The notes below the pieces were generated by a model. The model ran no database searches, had not been told where the DNA came from, and worked only from the letters and a program-made list of their open reading frames with translations. Of a stretch of DNA of 64,000 bases, positions 24,279 to 32,602 are shown in pieces. This DNA is from Schmidtea polychroa (Eukaryota). The position numbers and the translations under genes are program-made. The stretch covers positions 23,996,001 through 24,060,000 of the forward strand of contig CM097885.1 in the NCBI GenBank assembly GCA_044892525.1. The letters run 5' to 3'. How positions within the stretch are numbered: the stretch's first letter is position 1; every line of letters starts with the position of its first letter.

Positions 24279-25067
24279 TCAATCAAATACTTAACAACTA
24301 AAGACTTTATTAACAACACATAAAAAATAACTATAATAATAAATAAAAATTAACAAGACAGTGATAAAGATACAAAATTTATTCATCATCATATATTTGC
24401 TTATAAGAAGCTTTTCCTAATTCAGGAAGAAGAATGTTTCTTAAATTCTTGTCAAAATCTAAAATTCAACCAGATACCTACAACCAAAATACTAACAAAT
24501 ATGTACTATCTAGGTATTATTTACATTCAGATAATAAATACCAACTATCAGCTGCTAAGGATTTTTAACTAGGTACTAACAAATAAGTACCAAATACTTA
24601 CAACTAAGAACTTACAACCAGATAGCTGCTACCATGTATTAACAACCAACAAACAACTAGCTACTAACAGATTAGTTTCAAAGATTATTTACTAACAATC
24701 AACAACAACCAACTAACTAGGTACCAGATACCAAATACTAAGTAACTCTCAAACAACCAGATACTAAAGACTTACAACCAGGTATTTACAATCAACTAAA
24801 TATTCTTCATTGTATTTTATCAAATTGTATTTTATATAAATGAGACATGATAAATTGACAAAGATGATTTACAATTACAACCAATTACAATTGGTAAATA
24901 AATTGGTGAGTGAATTTACACGCCAACCACCACTATAGAGAACGTATCTCAGTGGTGTTTGGTGTATATGTGATGTATTTGTGTGTTAATTTTATTTTTC
25001 TACCACTTTCTCACCTTCTATATAAATGATTTTATTCATTAAAACATTAAAATTTAAAGCGCAGGTA
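24168..25067. repeat. Rearranged block A fragments (internal segment plus re-duplicated promoter cassette)
   Basis: 24168-24824 matches A ~1428-2085; 24833-25067 matches A ~593-827; same arrangement at 62223-63119. Confidence 0.9.
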
Positions 25068-25903
25068 AGTAGTGTGGTTATATACCCAACCAAAACAGCC
25101 CCCTAACAAAAACATGCCTCCAAATCACTTAAGCTATTAGAAAAACAACCTAAAACTTATACTTTTATAGTATTTTAACCCTATATTTTGAAAACAACCA
25201 CCCTTAATGACTCTAACTGTTTTAATCTTTAAAGCCTCAAACTCAAAAGCTTCAAACTAAAAAGAGAATAGAAAAGAAAATGGCATTATGAAAAAGTTAG
25301 AGGGCTATTTGATCTTAATCAGATTATTGATTTTAAATTATATAAATTAAAAAATAAATGAAAAATAGTAAAACTGCTCTGAGGGGACAGTGGTATTTTT
25401 TTTTTTTTTTCACTGTCCCCTCAACAGTTTTTTTTGATCCGGATCATTTTTTTTATTTATCAACCTCTTTCGTTTATCGAATCTCTTCCAATATACAAGC
25501 TGGCCAGACTCATACATCATTATCAATCCGATAATAGCAGCACACCTTATTATTCGCTTCTCGCTCGAATACGATTTCATCGGCGTTTTAAGTGTGCTGC
25601 TCGAAAGTACAAATGAATTCGAAAGCTAATTCGAAAGAGGTCCGAAAACAACTGAGAAATAAATGTGCACATTAAAGAATCGATCCGGGGGTGTTCGAAA
25701 GACAGGTGGCGATAATTACCGGTTCGCCACCATCACCCGTTTCAATATTTTTTTTTTCATATTTATGTTTAAAAAATAATTAATTAATAAAAAAATAAAA
25801 TAAAATAAAATAAATAAAATAAAATATACAAGTACTTTATAAATATAAGATACCCACACTATTTTCAATATTATTTTCAAAGTTTTAATATTATTTTATG
25901 TTG

Positions 25904-25987
25904 AAAAAAAAACTAACCTCAGATGTGATTTGAACCGCTAGCATTTTGAACCACTGTGTCAGTCTAGACCACTGCGCCATCAAGGTT
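25904..25987 (-). ncRNA. Candidate Pol III type-2 small RNA (tRNA-sized, non-cloverleaf)
   Basis: A box TGGCGCAGTGG, B box GGTTCAAATC, terminal stem AACCTTGATG/CATCTGAGGTT with one bulge, T9 terminator. Confidence 0.6.
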
Positions 25988-26006
25988 TGGATTTTTTGTC
26001 ATTTTT

Positions 26007-26228
26007 TTAAATAATCGATTCAAGTTCTTTTATTCTTTCCTGTAATTGTTTTATTTTATCTAATCTTTTCTCAGCTACTTCTACTGCATTCATGTAAAAA
26101 TGTCGATACTTTTCATTCTCTACCGCCAACTCTTTAATGTATTCTAATGGTTCTTCTTCTCTTCTTTTTATTCTCTTAAGTTTAACTTCATTCAATTCAT
26201 TTCTCATTCTTTCAATAAAGTCAATCAT
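26007..26228 (-). CDS. Small charged coiled-coil protein of the Polinton, function unknown
   Basis: 73-aa ATG-initiated ORF, E/K/R-rich with heptad character. Confidence 0.5.
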   Translation of the reverse strand: MIDFIERMRNELNEVKLKRIKRREEEPLEYIKELAVENEKYRHFYMNAVEVAEKRLDKIKQLQERIKELESII

Positions 26229-26295
26229 TTTTATAAATTATTTTTTTATTGAATTCCCTTTTATTTTTATTTTTATTTTTCAACTTTTATTTTAA

Positions 26296-26547
26296 TGTTA
26301 TGATTTCAAAGTTGAACCGCAATTAAGTTTAGAAGATTTCAAAAATTTATATTCTATATTTTGTATAAATGTATCAGACCAAGATGATCGATTAGCCATA
26401 AATAATGTTGATGTTACACTTCATGTAACAAAGGATTCTAATTTTAAAGCTAAAGTATATACATTAATATTAGAAGAAAAGAAAATAGAAATGAAATTAT
26501 ATGGTGGAAAGATTTCAATTATTGAAAATGTTAGGGGAGATTCTTAA
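26296..26547 (+). pseudogene. Probable C-terminal 83 aa of Polinton major capsid protein (no start codon)
   Basis: Open frame CYDFKVEPQLSLEDFKNLYSIFCINVSDQDDRLAINNVDVTLHV...VYTLILEE resembles the double jelly-roll MCP C-terminus as I recall it. Confidence 0.55.
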
Positions 26548-26564
26548 TATTTTAACATTTTAAA

Positions 26565-27977
26565 ATGTCTTTAAATAAACCCTATTGGAGATGTGAAACT
26601 TGTAATTGTCAAGTTACAAGACATCATAAAGCAAGTCATCTTAAAACTAAAAAACATACAGTAGGTGATCTAATTCCACGAGCTGGAGGCGATTTGCAAT
26701 CTTCAAAAACAACATCTTCAATATTAAAACCTTTTACTACAGAAAAATATCCAGGTGAAAGACATTTATTTAAACACAACTATACTGGACCAGGAACACG
26801 TCTAGATATTAGATTAGATGAAAATAATAATCCCAAACAAGGAGAAGAACCAATAAATAGAATTGATCAAGCAGCTTTAAAACATGACATTGCATACAAT
26901 TCAACAAATCTTAGAGATAGACATGTTGCAGATGTGAATTTAATACATGATTTAAATAGTATCCAAAATCCATCAACCCAAGAAAAGATTCAAAGAGCTC
27001 TAGTTAAATTAGCAATGAAAGGTAAGATTTTCATAGGCTTAGGACACAGTCCGATCACCATGGGTGCAAGACTTCCTTGGAAAGCAAAAGATGTTGCTTA
27101 TAAAAAGATTATCGAACAAGCAGAGATTGAAAGATCCCTCGAGAGTACAGCCAAGACTAGTTTACAAATCCCAACAGAATCAGAAATAAAATATGCAAAG
27201 GAATTACACCATGAATTTAGAAAAAATAAAAAATATTTAAAAGTTCAAGTACATGAAAAAGATCAAACATGGTCTGCAGATTTAGTCTTTATGCCCAAAT
27301 CATCAGACCCTGAAAAATATAAAATAATTTTAACTGTAATAGATTTATATACAAGATTTGCTTTTGCAAGATGTTTAGAAAATAAAACAAGATATTCTAT
27401 TACAGAAGCATTTGAAAATATATTTGAAGAAAATCAAAGAATCCCAAAATATTTATGGTGTGATAAAGGAACAGAATTTTATAACAAAGTTTTTACAAAG
27501 TTTTTAAATGAAAATGATATTAAATTATATTCAACAGAAAACGAAGGAAAAGCAGTCGTAGTTGAAAGATTAAATAGAACATTAAAAAATAAAATGTGGA
27601 AATATTTTACTGCTATTGGAAAACAAAAATGGAACAATGAATTGTTACAAAAGATTGTAAATGAATATAATGATGATGTACATAGTTCTATAAAATTAAC
27701 ACCTTTAAATGCTTCCATGAAGCCTGAAACCATTAAAGTGGTAAATATTGAAAATGATGTTATTGAAAAACCAAAGTTTAAAATTGGTGACCGAGTAAGA
27801 ATATTTAAATATAAAAATAAATTTGAAAAAGGATTCACAGCAAAATGGACAAATGAAATTTTTATTATAAATAAAATACATTATACAACTCCAATAACAT
27901 ATAGCATCTTTGATTTAAATAATGAAAAAATATTAGGTAGATTTTATAATAATGAACTACAGAAAACAGATTTTTAA
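26565..27977 (+). CDS. Polinton retroviral-like integrase with N-terminal C2H2 finger and parvovirus-type PLA2 domain
   Basis: CETC..H..H finger; NYTGPG and DQAALKHDIAY; DDE residues in WSADL, WCDKGTEF and VERLNRTLK; C-terminal FKIGDRVRI..KG...W. Confidence 0.92.
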   Translation: MSLNKPYWRCETCNCQVTRHHKASHLKTKKHTVGDLIPRAGGDLQSSKTTSSILKPFTTEKYPGERHLFKHNYTGPGTRLDIRLDENNNPKQGEEPINRIDQAALKHDIAYNSTNLRDRHVADVNLIHDLNSIQNPSTQEKIQRALVKLAMKGKIFIGLGHSPITMGARLPWKAKDVAYKKIIEQAEIERSLESTAKTSLQIPTESEIKYAKELHHEFRKNKKYLKVQVHEKDQTWSADLVFMPKSSDPEKYKIILTVIDLYTRFAFARCLENKTRYSITEAFENIFEENQRIPKYLWCDKGTEFYNKVFTKFLNENDIKLYSTENEGKAVVVERLNRTLKNKMWKYFTAIGKQKWNNELLQKIVNEYNDDVHSSIKLTPLNASMKPETIKVVNIENDVIEKPKFKIGDRVRIFKYKNKFEKGFTAKWTNEIFIINKIHYTTPITYSIFDLNNEKILGRFYNNELQKTDF

Positions 27978-27988
27978 GTCGACAAGCC

Positions 27989-28834
27989 CTAAAACAAACT
28001 TTTCCATATTTCAGCTTCTTCTCTATCCAAATAAATATAATTATATTTTTCTTTCCAATGATTATCAACAAACATATCAAACATATTCTTATCAGGTTCA
28101 ACATTTGAAAATAAATCATTATAAATCATATTCTTATCACGGCGATCTAATTTAAAAAATATAAAACAATTGGAATTATTTCTTATTGAATTTTTATCTA
28201 AAGCATAATATGTTTGAGATATATAAATAACATTACAATTATTATGTCGACCTCGTGTAAAGTAACTCTTTTGAATCTCTTGATTTTTCATATTAACAAC
28301 ATCATCAAATATAACTAGATTCTTTTTATCTTTAGGAAGTAAATCACAATGTAAAACATCTTCAGGTTTATTAGAGAATAAAACTTGAATTGCCTCCTGC
28401 CCTTCTTCACAAATATAATCATTTTTATTACTAATATCTGATTCTAAAATCTTTTCCTTATACCAATCAACCATATCACAAGGTTGAAAAACTTCTTCAG
28501 GACACCTATGTTGATTTTTAAAAATATCAATTATTGCTTTTTTAGTTAATTTATTTTCAAATCCACATTTCAAAAGTTGTAATTCTGGTTGATTTATGGT
28601 TGTAGAATAAAAGATTAAATTATTATAATCTAAAAAATCATCTTCAAGTAACATTCTCAAAACAAGTACATTCTTTCCACATCCAGAAGAACCAACAATT
28701 AATAATCTAAAATTATCAGGAAATACTTTATTATTAAATTTACTCTTATGTCTATTTAAAATTGGTTTCCAAATTATTGGACTTCGTACATCCATTTTGT
28801 TTATTATAAAATGACAACTGAAGAATCTTTGCAA
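27989..28834 (-). CDS. A32/FtsK-like DNA packaging ATPase (start probably at the downstream Met, MDVRSP)
   Basis: Walker A GSSGCGKN, Walker B LVIFDD, TRGRHNNC, YISQTY and IRNN motifs. Confidence 0.92.
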   Translation of the reverse strand: MQRFFSCHFIINKMDVRSPIIWKPILNRHKSKFNNKVFPDNFRLLIVGSSGCGKNVLVLRMLLEDDFLDYNNLIFYSTTINQPELQLLKCGFENKLTKKAIIDIFKNQHRCPEEVFQPCDMVDWYKEKILESDISNKNDYICEEGQEAIQVLFSNKPEDVLHCDLLPKDKKNLVIFDDVVNMKNQEIQKSYFTRGRHNNCNVIYISQTYYALDKNSIRNNSNCFIFFKLDRRDKNMIYNDLFSNVEPDKNMFDMFVDNHWKEKYNYIYLDREEAEIWKSLF

Positions 28835-29404
28835 GAATTAATAAATTCAAATAAAAATAAATCAGTAGTAATTGATGGTAAAAAATATTTTATTGGAAAA
28901 CATGTAAAAGAACAAGTTAGAGCGAAGCTCCACGAAGCTAAAGAAGGTGGCATTCTTCCATTAGCTCCTTTAATACCTGCAATCATTGCTGGTTTATCAG
29001 GTGCTGCTGGAATAGCTGGAGGAATTGCAACTACAGTTCAAAAAGCTAAAGAATCTCAAAAGACAGACCTAGAAAAAGAAAAACTACAAACTGAAATCGA
29101 TTCAATGAAGAAGGTAGGGCAAGCTAAAGGGGGAGTGTCCGTTGGAAAGGGTCTCTATCTTAATCCATATGAGGGGAGTCGGCAAAAGTCTCAGGGGACT
29201 CTGTCCAAGGGAAAGGGTCTCTATCTTGATCCTTATAAAGGTAGAGGTTTAAATGATTTTTTAAAAAATCAAATTTCTACATCTGAATCTTTATCTTCAA
29301 AAGATAAAGAAGATTTAAAAAAAATATGTAAATCTTTAAAGAATGGATGCCTTTGTAAAACTCAAAATGGTAAAGGATTATACTTGAAGCCCTTCGAACT
29401 ATGA
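28811..29404 (+). CDS. Putative virion core / membrane-active protein (adenovirus pX-like motif)
   Basis: GG^ILPLAPLIPAIIAGLSGAAGIAGGIA resembles the adenovirus pX GG^ILPLLIPLIAAA pattern; three GKGLYLxP[YF] repeats. Confidence 0.7.
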   Translation: MTTEESLQELINSNKNKSVVIDGKKYFIGKHVKEQVRAKLHEAKEGGILPLAPLIPAIIAGLSGAAGIAGGIATTVQKAKESQKTDLEKEKLQTEIDSMKKVGQAKGGVSVGKGLYLNPYEGSRQKSQGTLSKGKGLYLDPYKGRGLNDFLKNQISTSESLSSKDKEDLKKICKSLKNGCLCKTQNGKGLYLKPFEL

Positions 29405-29426
29405 TACCATTTTTGATACCATTAAA

Positions 29427-30308
29427 ATGGTATATGAAGAAAGATTAGCACTTTTAAAAAAATTACAATCAGAACAAGATAAATATAATAAAAAAGATAC
29501 AACTCAACATGCTGAATCTATAATATTAAATGAGGTAATAACACAACAACAGGGGCCAACAATTAAAGCTATAAAAGAGTTGGAAGATTTCAATGAGCAA
29601 GCAAAATTTAAAGAGTTAGAAGATAAAAAACAAAAAATAAAAGAACTAGAGTGGCAGGATAAAGAAAAAGAATCCAGTGAAAACCATCCTGAAAGAAATC
29701 AAAGAAAACGCAGAAGAATTACTAATGTGGAAGAAGAAGAAATGTTTTTAAAAACAAAACCTCTTAAAGTTGATCCTAAAATTAGAGATGATTTACCTCC
29801 TTCAATTAGACCCACATTTAATACTAATACTGAAGGATATCAAATAATAACAATTAATAAACAAAACTTTACTTTATATTCAAATTCAGAAAATAAATCA
29901 CGTATTCATTCACAAAATGTTTATAATAATGAATATTTAGACTTTGAATTTACAGATGATTTTTATAGATTACTTTGTGGATATTCTTCAGATGATGTTG
30001 AAGAAATTAAAAAATATTTAAATTTAATAAGATTAATAAGAGCTAGTTCTAAAGCAAAATATATTCAAGATTTAAAGAATTATTTAAATAAAAATGAAAA
30101 GGGTTATGTTGTTACAGAGGGAGAGGGATTATTTATTGAAGGTGGTAAACCAAATCCCATCAATCTTTTTATTGAATTAAGAAAACTATTAGCTGCAAGG
30201 AAAGCAGGACATAATAATTTAGATTCTGATATTTTAAAGATTTCTAAAGATTTGTTAAAACAAGGAATAATTTCAAAAGATAAATTTAATAAGTATACGA
30301 AGTTATAA
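29427..30308 (+). CDS. Conserved Polinton protein, probably virion-associated
   Basis: 293 aa; C-terminal GEGL...NPINLFIELRKLLAARKAGHNN resembles a recurrent Polinton motif; basic NLS-like RKRRR. Confidence 0.65.
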   Translation: MVYEERLALLKKLQSEQDKYNKKDTTQHAESIILNEVITQQQGPTIKAIKELEDFNEQAKFKELEDKKQKIKELEWQDKEKESSENHPERNQRKRRRITNVEEEEMFLKTKPLKVDPKIRDDLPPSIRPTFNTNTEGYQIITINKQNFTLYSNSENKSRIHSQNVYNNEYLDFEFTDDFYRLLCGYSSDDVEEIKKYLNLIRLIRASSKAKYIQDLKNYLNKNEKGYVVTEGEGLFIEGGKPNPINLFIELRKLLAARKAGHNNLDSDILKISKDLLKQGIISKDKFNKYTKL

Positions 30309-30330
30309 ATACGAAGTTTTAAAATACAAA

Positions 30331-30795
30331 ATGACTCCTTCAATATTAGATTTTTTAAAAACATTTGGAATAAATGCAAAAACAAATTTTGATTTAAAAG
30401 ATTATGCAAATTATTTAAATTTAAAAATTAAAATATTAATGAATGATGAATTATCAAGTCTGGAGAGTCCCCTGAATATAATAATCAATTATCAAAATTC
30501 AAATGAAAAAGGATCTCATTGGGTTTGTATATATAAGAAATCTATCTACTTTGATTCTTTTGGGATTAAACCTACTAAAGAAGTTGAAGATTATCTCTTG
30601 AGGGGTTCTCCGATTGATTCCCCAAATGGTTATACTTTTAACTCTTTACAAGTTCAACCTTTGAATACTAAAATATGTGGTATTTTAAGTTTATATGTTT
30701 TGTATAGATTGAATAAGGAAGAGGGAAAGGGGCATACGCATGATTTTGAATCTATAATTCAAGAAATTTATAATGATCTAGAATCTCTACTATAA
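30331..30795 (+). CDS. Adenain-like cysteine maturation protease
   Basis: GSHWV, YFDSFG, QVQ and ICG give the H-D-Q-C catalytic order. Confidence 0.92.
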   Translation: MTPSILDFLKTFGINAKTNFDLKDYANYLNLKIKILMNDELSSLESPLNIIINYQNSNEKGSHWVCIYKKSIYFDSFGIKPTKEVEDYLLRGSPIDSPNGYTFNSLQVQPLNTKICGILSLYVLYRLNKEEGKGHTHDFESIIQEIYNDLESLL

Positions 30796-30881
30796 GGATT
30801 TTTACTATAAGGATTTTTACTATATGAATTTACTACTAAAGAAATGGAGCTTCACAACCCTCCGGAAGATAATTTAAAAAA

Positions 30882-31607
30882 ATGGTAAACATAATGTCAG
30901 ATAAATATTCAAGAACTTTATCTATAAATTCAAAAGAATCAGAGTTTACTATAAACTTTCAAGATTCAATTAAATTAGATCAAAATTTAAATTATGAATT
31001 GGGGCTATTATGGTTTTGTGCTTATAATACTATTTTTAATATAACTAAAGATAATAATAAATTTACTATTCAAACTCGTGATGGGCATAAACCAGAAATT
31101 ATAACAATAGAACCTAGGGCATATGAGATAAAAGATTTAAATGATATACTTTCTAAAAAAACAAATGAAGGTATTAAAATTAAAATGGATATACCAACTT
31201 CAAAATGTGTAATGACTTTGAAGAATATAAAAATTAGTTTTTTAGATAATTGTTTCTTTCACACAGTTTTAGGATTTAAACCTATGGATATAACAATAAA
31301 AGAAGATAAAATAATAACATCAGAACATATTATAAAAATAATAAATACAAACACAATAAATATTCATTGCGATTGTATAACAGGTTCTTATAATAATAGT
31401 AAACAAACAAATGTTTTATATTCCTTTCCCTCAAACACAGTTCCTATGGGATATAAAATAGTTGAAAGAATGAATCCTCCAAATTATTTACCTTTATGTA
31501 GAAAATATATAATGGATATTAATTTTAAAATTCTTAATCAAGAAGGAGAATTGATTGATTTTAATGGAGAAGAGATTTCAATGTATTTACATTTGAAACA
31601 GGTTTGA
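30882..31607 (+). CDS. Minor capsid protein (penton, single jelly roll)
   Basis: Beta-rich 241 aa; INIHCDCITGSY, LYSFP..VPMGYKIVE and NQEGELIDFNGE; adjacent to the protease. Confidence 0.75.
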   Translation: MVNIMSDKYSRTLSINSKESEFTINFQDSIKLDQNLNYELGLLWFCAYNTIFNITKDNNKFTIQTRDGHKPEIITIEPRAYEIKDLNDILSKKTNEGIKIKMDIPTSKCVMTLKNIKISFLDNCFFHTVLGFKPMDITIKEDKIITSEHIIKIINTNTINIHCDCITGSYNNSKQTNVLYSFPSNTVPMGYKIVERMNPPNYLPLCRKYIMDINFKILNQEGELIDFNGEEISMYLHLKQV

Positions 31608-31631
31608 AGATTCATTTTAAATTATTAATAA

Positions 31632-32498
31632 ATGAGTTCTTATATTCCATGTAATAGAGGTGGTGGAACAATAAAAACAGGGTTTAATACAGAAGAAATA
31701 TTAACTTTAACAGAAAATAAATATATTAATGAAAGAGGTGATTCAATGAAGGGTGATTTAATTTTAAATGGACACAAGATAAAAGAATTATCTTTTCCAA
31801 CTGATGAAGCTGATGCAGTTAATAAGAAATATGTAGATGGTGTTAAAAAATATACTGATTTAACAACAACAAGAATTGAAAGTTCATTAACAACAAAAAT
31901 TGATTCAATGGAATCAAAGCTTAATAATATCGAACAACGATTTAATGATAAATTTGACAAGTTACAAAGTCTGTTAACTGAACAAGTTGTAAAGTTAAAT
32001 ACTGCTATATTAAATTCTAAAGATAAACAAATTATGAATACTAAATTTAATAAAATATATAATATAATAAATGAGATGATTACATCATTTAATAAAAGAA
32101 TTTCAAATTTAGAGTCTCATGGAACACACATTAACACCACACATAGTATTAGAAAAAGAGCTGCTGAATTAGAACAGAATAAAACATTATTACCCCATAC
32201 ATATAAACATTTTATAGAACCAAGTTTAATAACAACAAACCGTAAAGAATGGGGTGTTTTTATGGTTGTAAAAATTATTGATCCTTATTTCTTTTTGTTT
32301 GATGATGATAATGAAAGAATGAAATGGTTTGTGAAATGTGATTATAATAGTAAGCTTGAAAAGGGTGATGTTATAATGACTAGTTATGATTTACCACACG
32401 GAGATTGGTATGTTAATACTCATTCACATGGACTACATAAAGTTAAAAGTAAGAATATTCATTTTTCTAGTACAATATATAGATTTAATATTTTATGA
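31632..32498 (+). CDS. Putative fibre/spike protein
   Basis: GDSMKGDLILNGHKI..L..PT...DAVNKKYVD fibre-neck-like motif, long coiled coil, beta-rich C-terminal head. Confidence 0.6.
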   Translation: MSSYIPCNRGGGTIKTGFNTEEILTLTENKYINERGDSMKGDLILNGHKIKELSFPTDEADAVNKKYVDGVKKYTDLTTTRIESSLTTKIDSMESKLNNIEQRFNDKFDKLQSLLTEQVVKLNTAILNSKDKQIMNTKFNKIYNIINEMITSFNKRISNLESHGTHINTTHSIRKRAAELEQNKTLLPHTYKHFIEPSLITTNRKEWGVFMVVKIIDPYFFLFDDDNERMKWFVKCDYNSKLEKGDVIMTSYDLPHGDWYVNTHSHGLHKVKSKNIHFSSTIYRFNIL

Positions 32499-32602
32499 AA
32501 AAAAGGTTGATGTTGATGAAGTTCGTAAAGCATTGAGAGAATTGTATAAAGATATCCCCTCAAAAAGAGTTTCTTTTGATATCCGAGTATTGGTGCCAGA
32601 TA

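Larger units (their letters stand above)
25068..32602 (+). mobile_element. Polinton/Maverick (adintovirus-like) element, internally deleted and right-truncated
   Basis: Starts with the AGTAGT terminus typical of Polintons; carries rve integrase, A32-like ATPase, adenain, penton and capsid fragment; no pPolB and no right TIR; runs into block A at 32603. Confidence 0.92.

Noticed and set aside
25434..25616. 60-aa ORF (85 aa in the copy at 63410)
   Set aside because: The frame differs between copies through a poly-T slip; the region is better explained as structured non-coding sequence.
25915..25986. Functional tRNA gene
   Set aside because: D, anticodon and T stems fail to pair; retained only as a Pol III ncRNA candidate.
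30788..30836. TACTACT inside 15-bp tandem repeats as a Polinton right terminus
   Set aside because: No further complementarity to the left end, no CAGGTA TSD, and element genes continue downstream.
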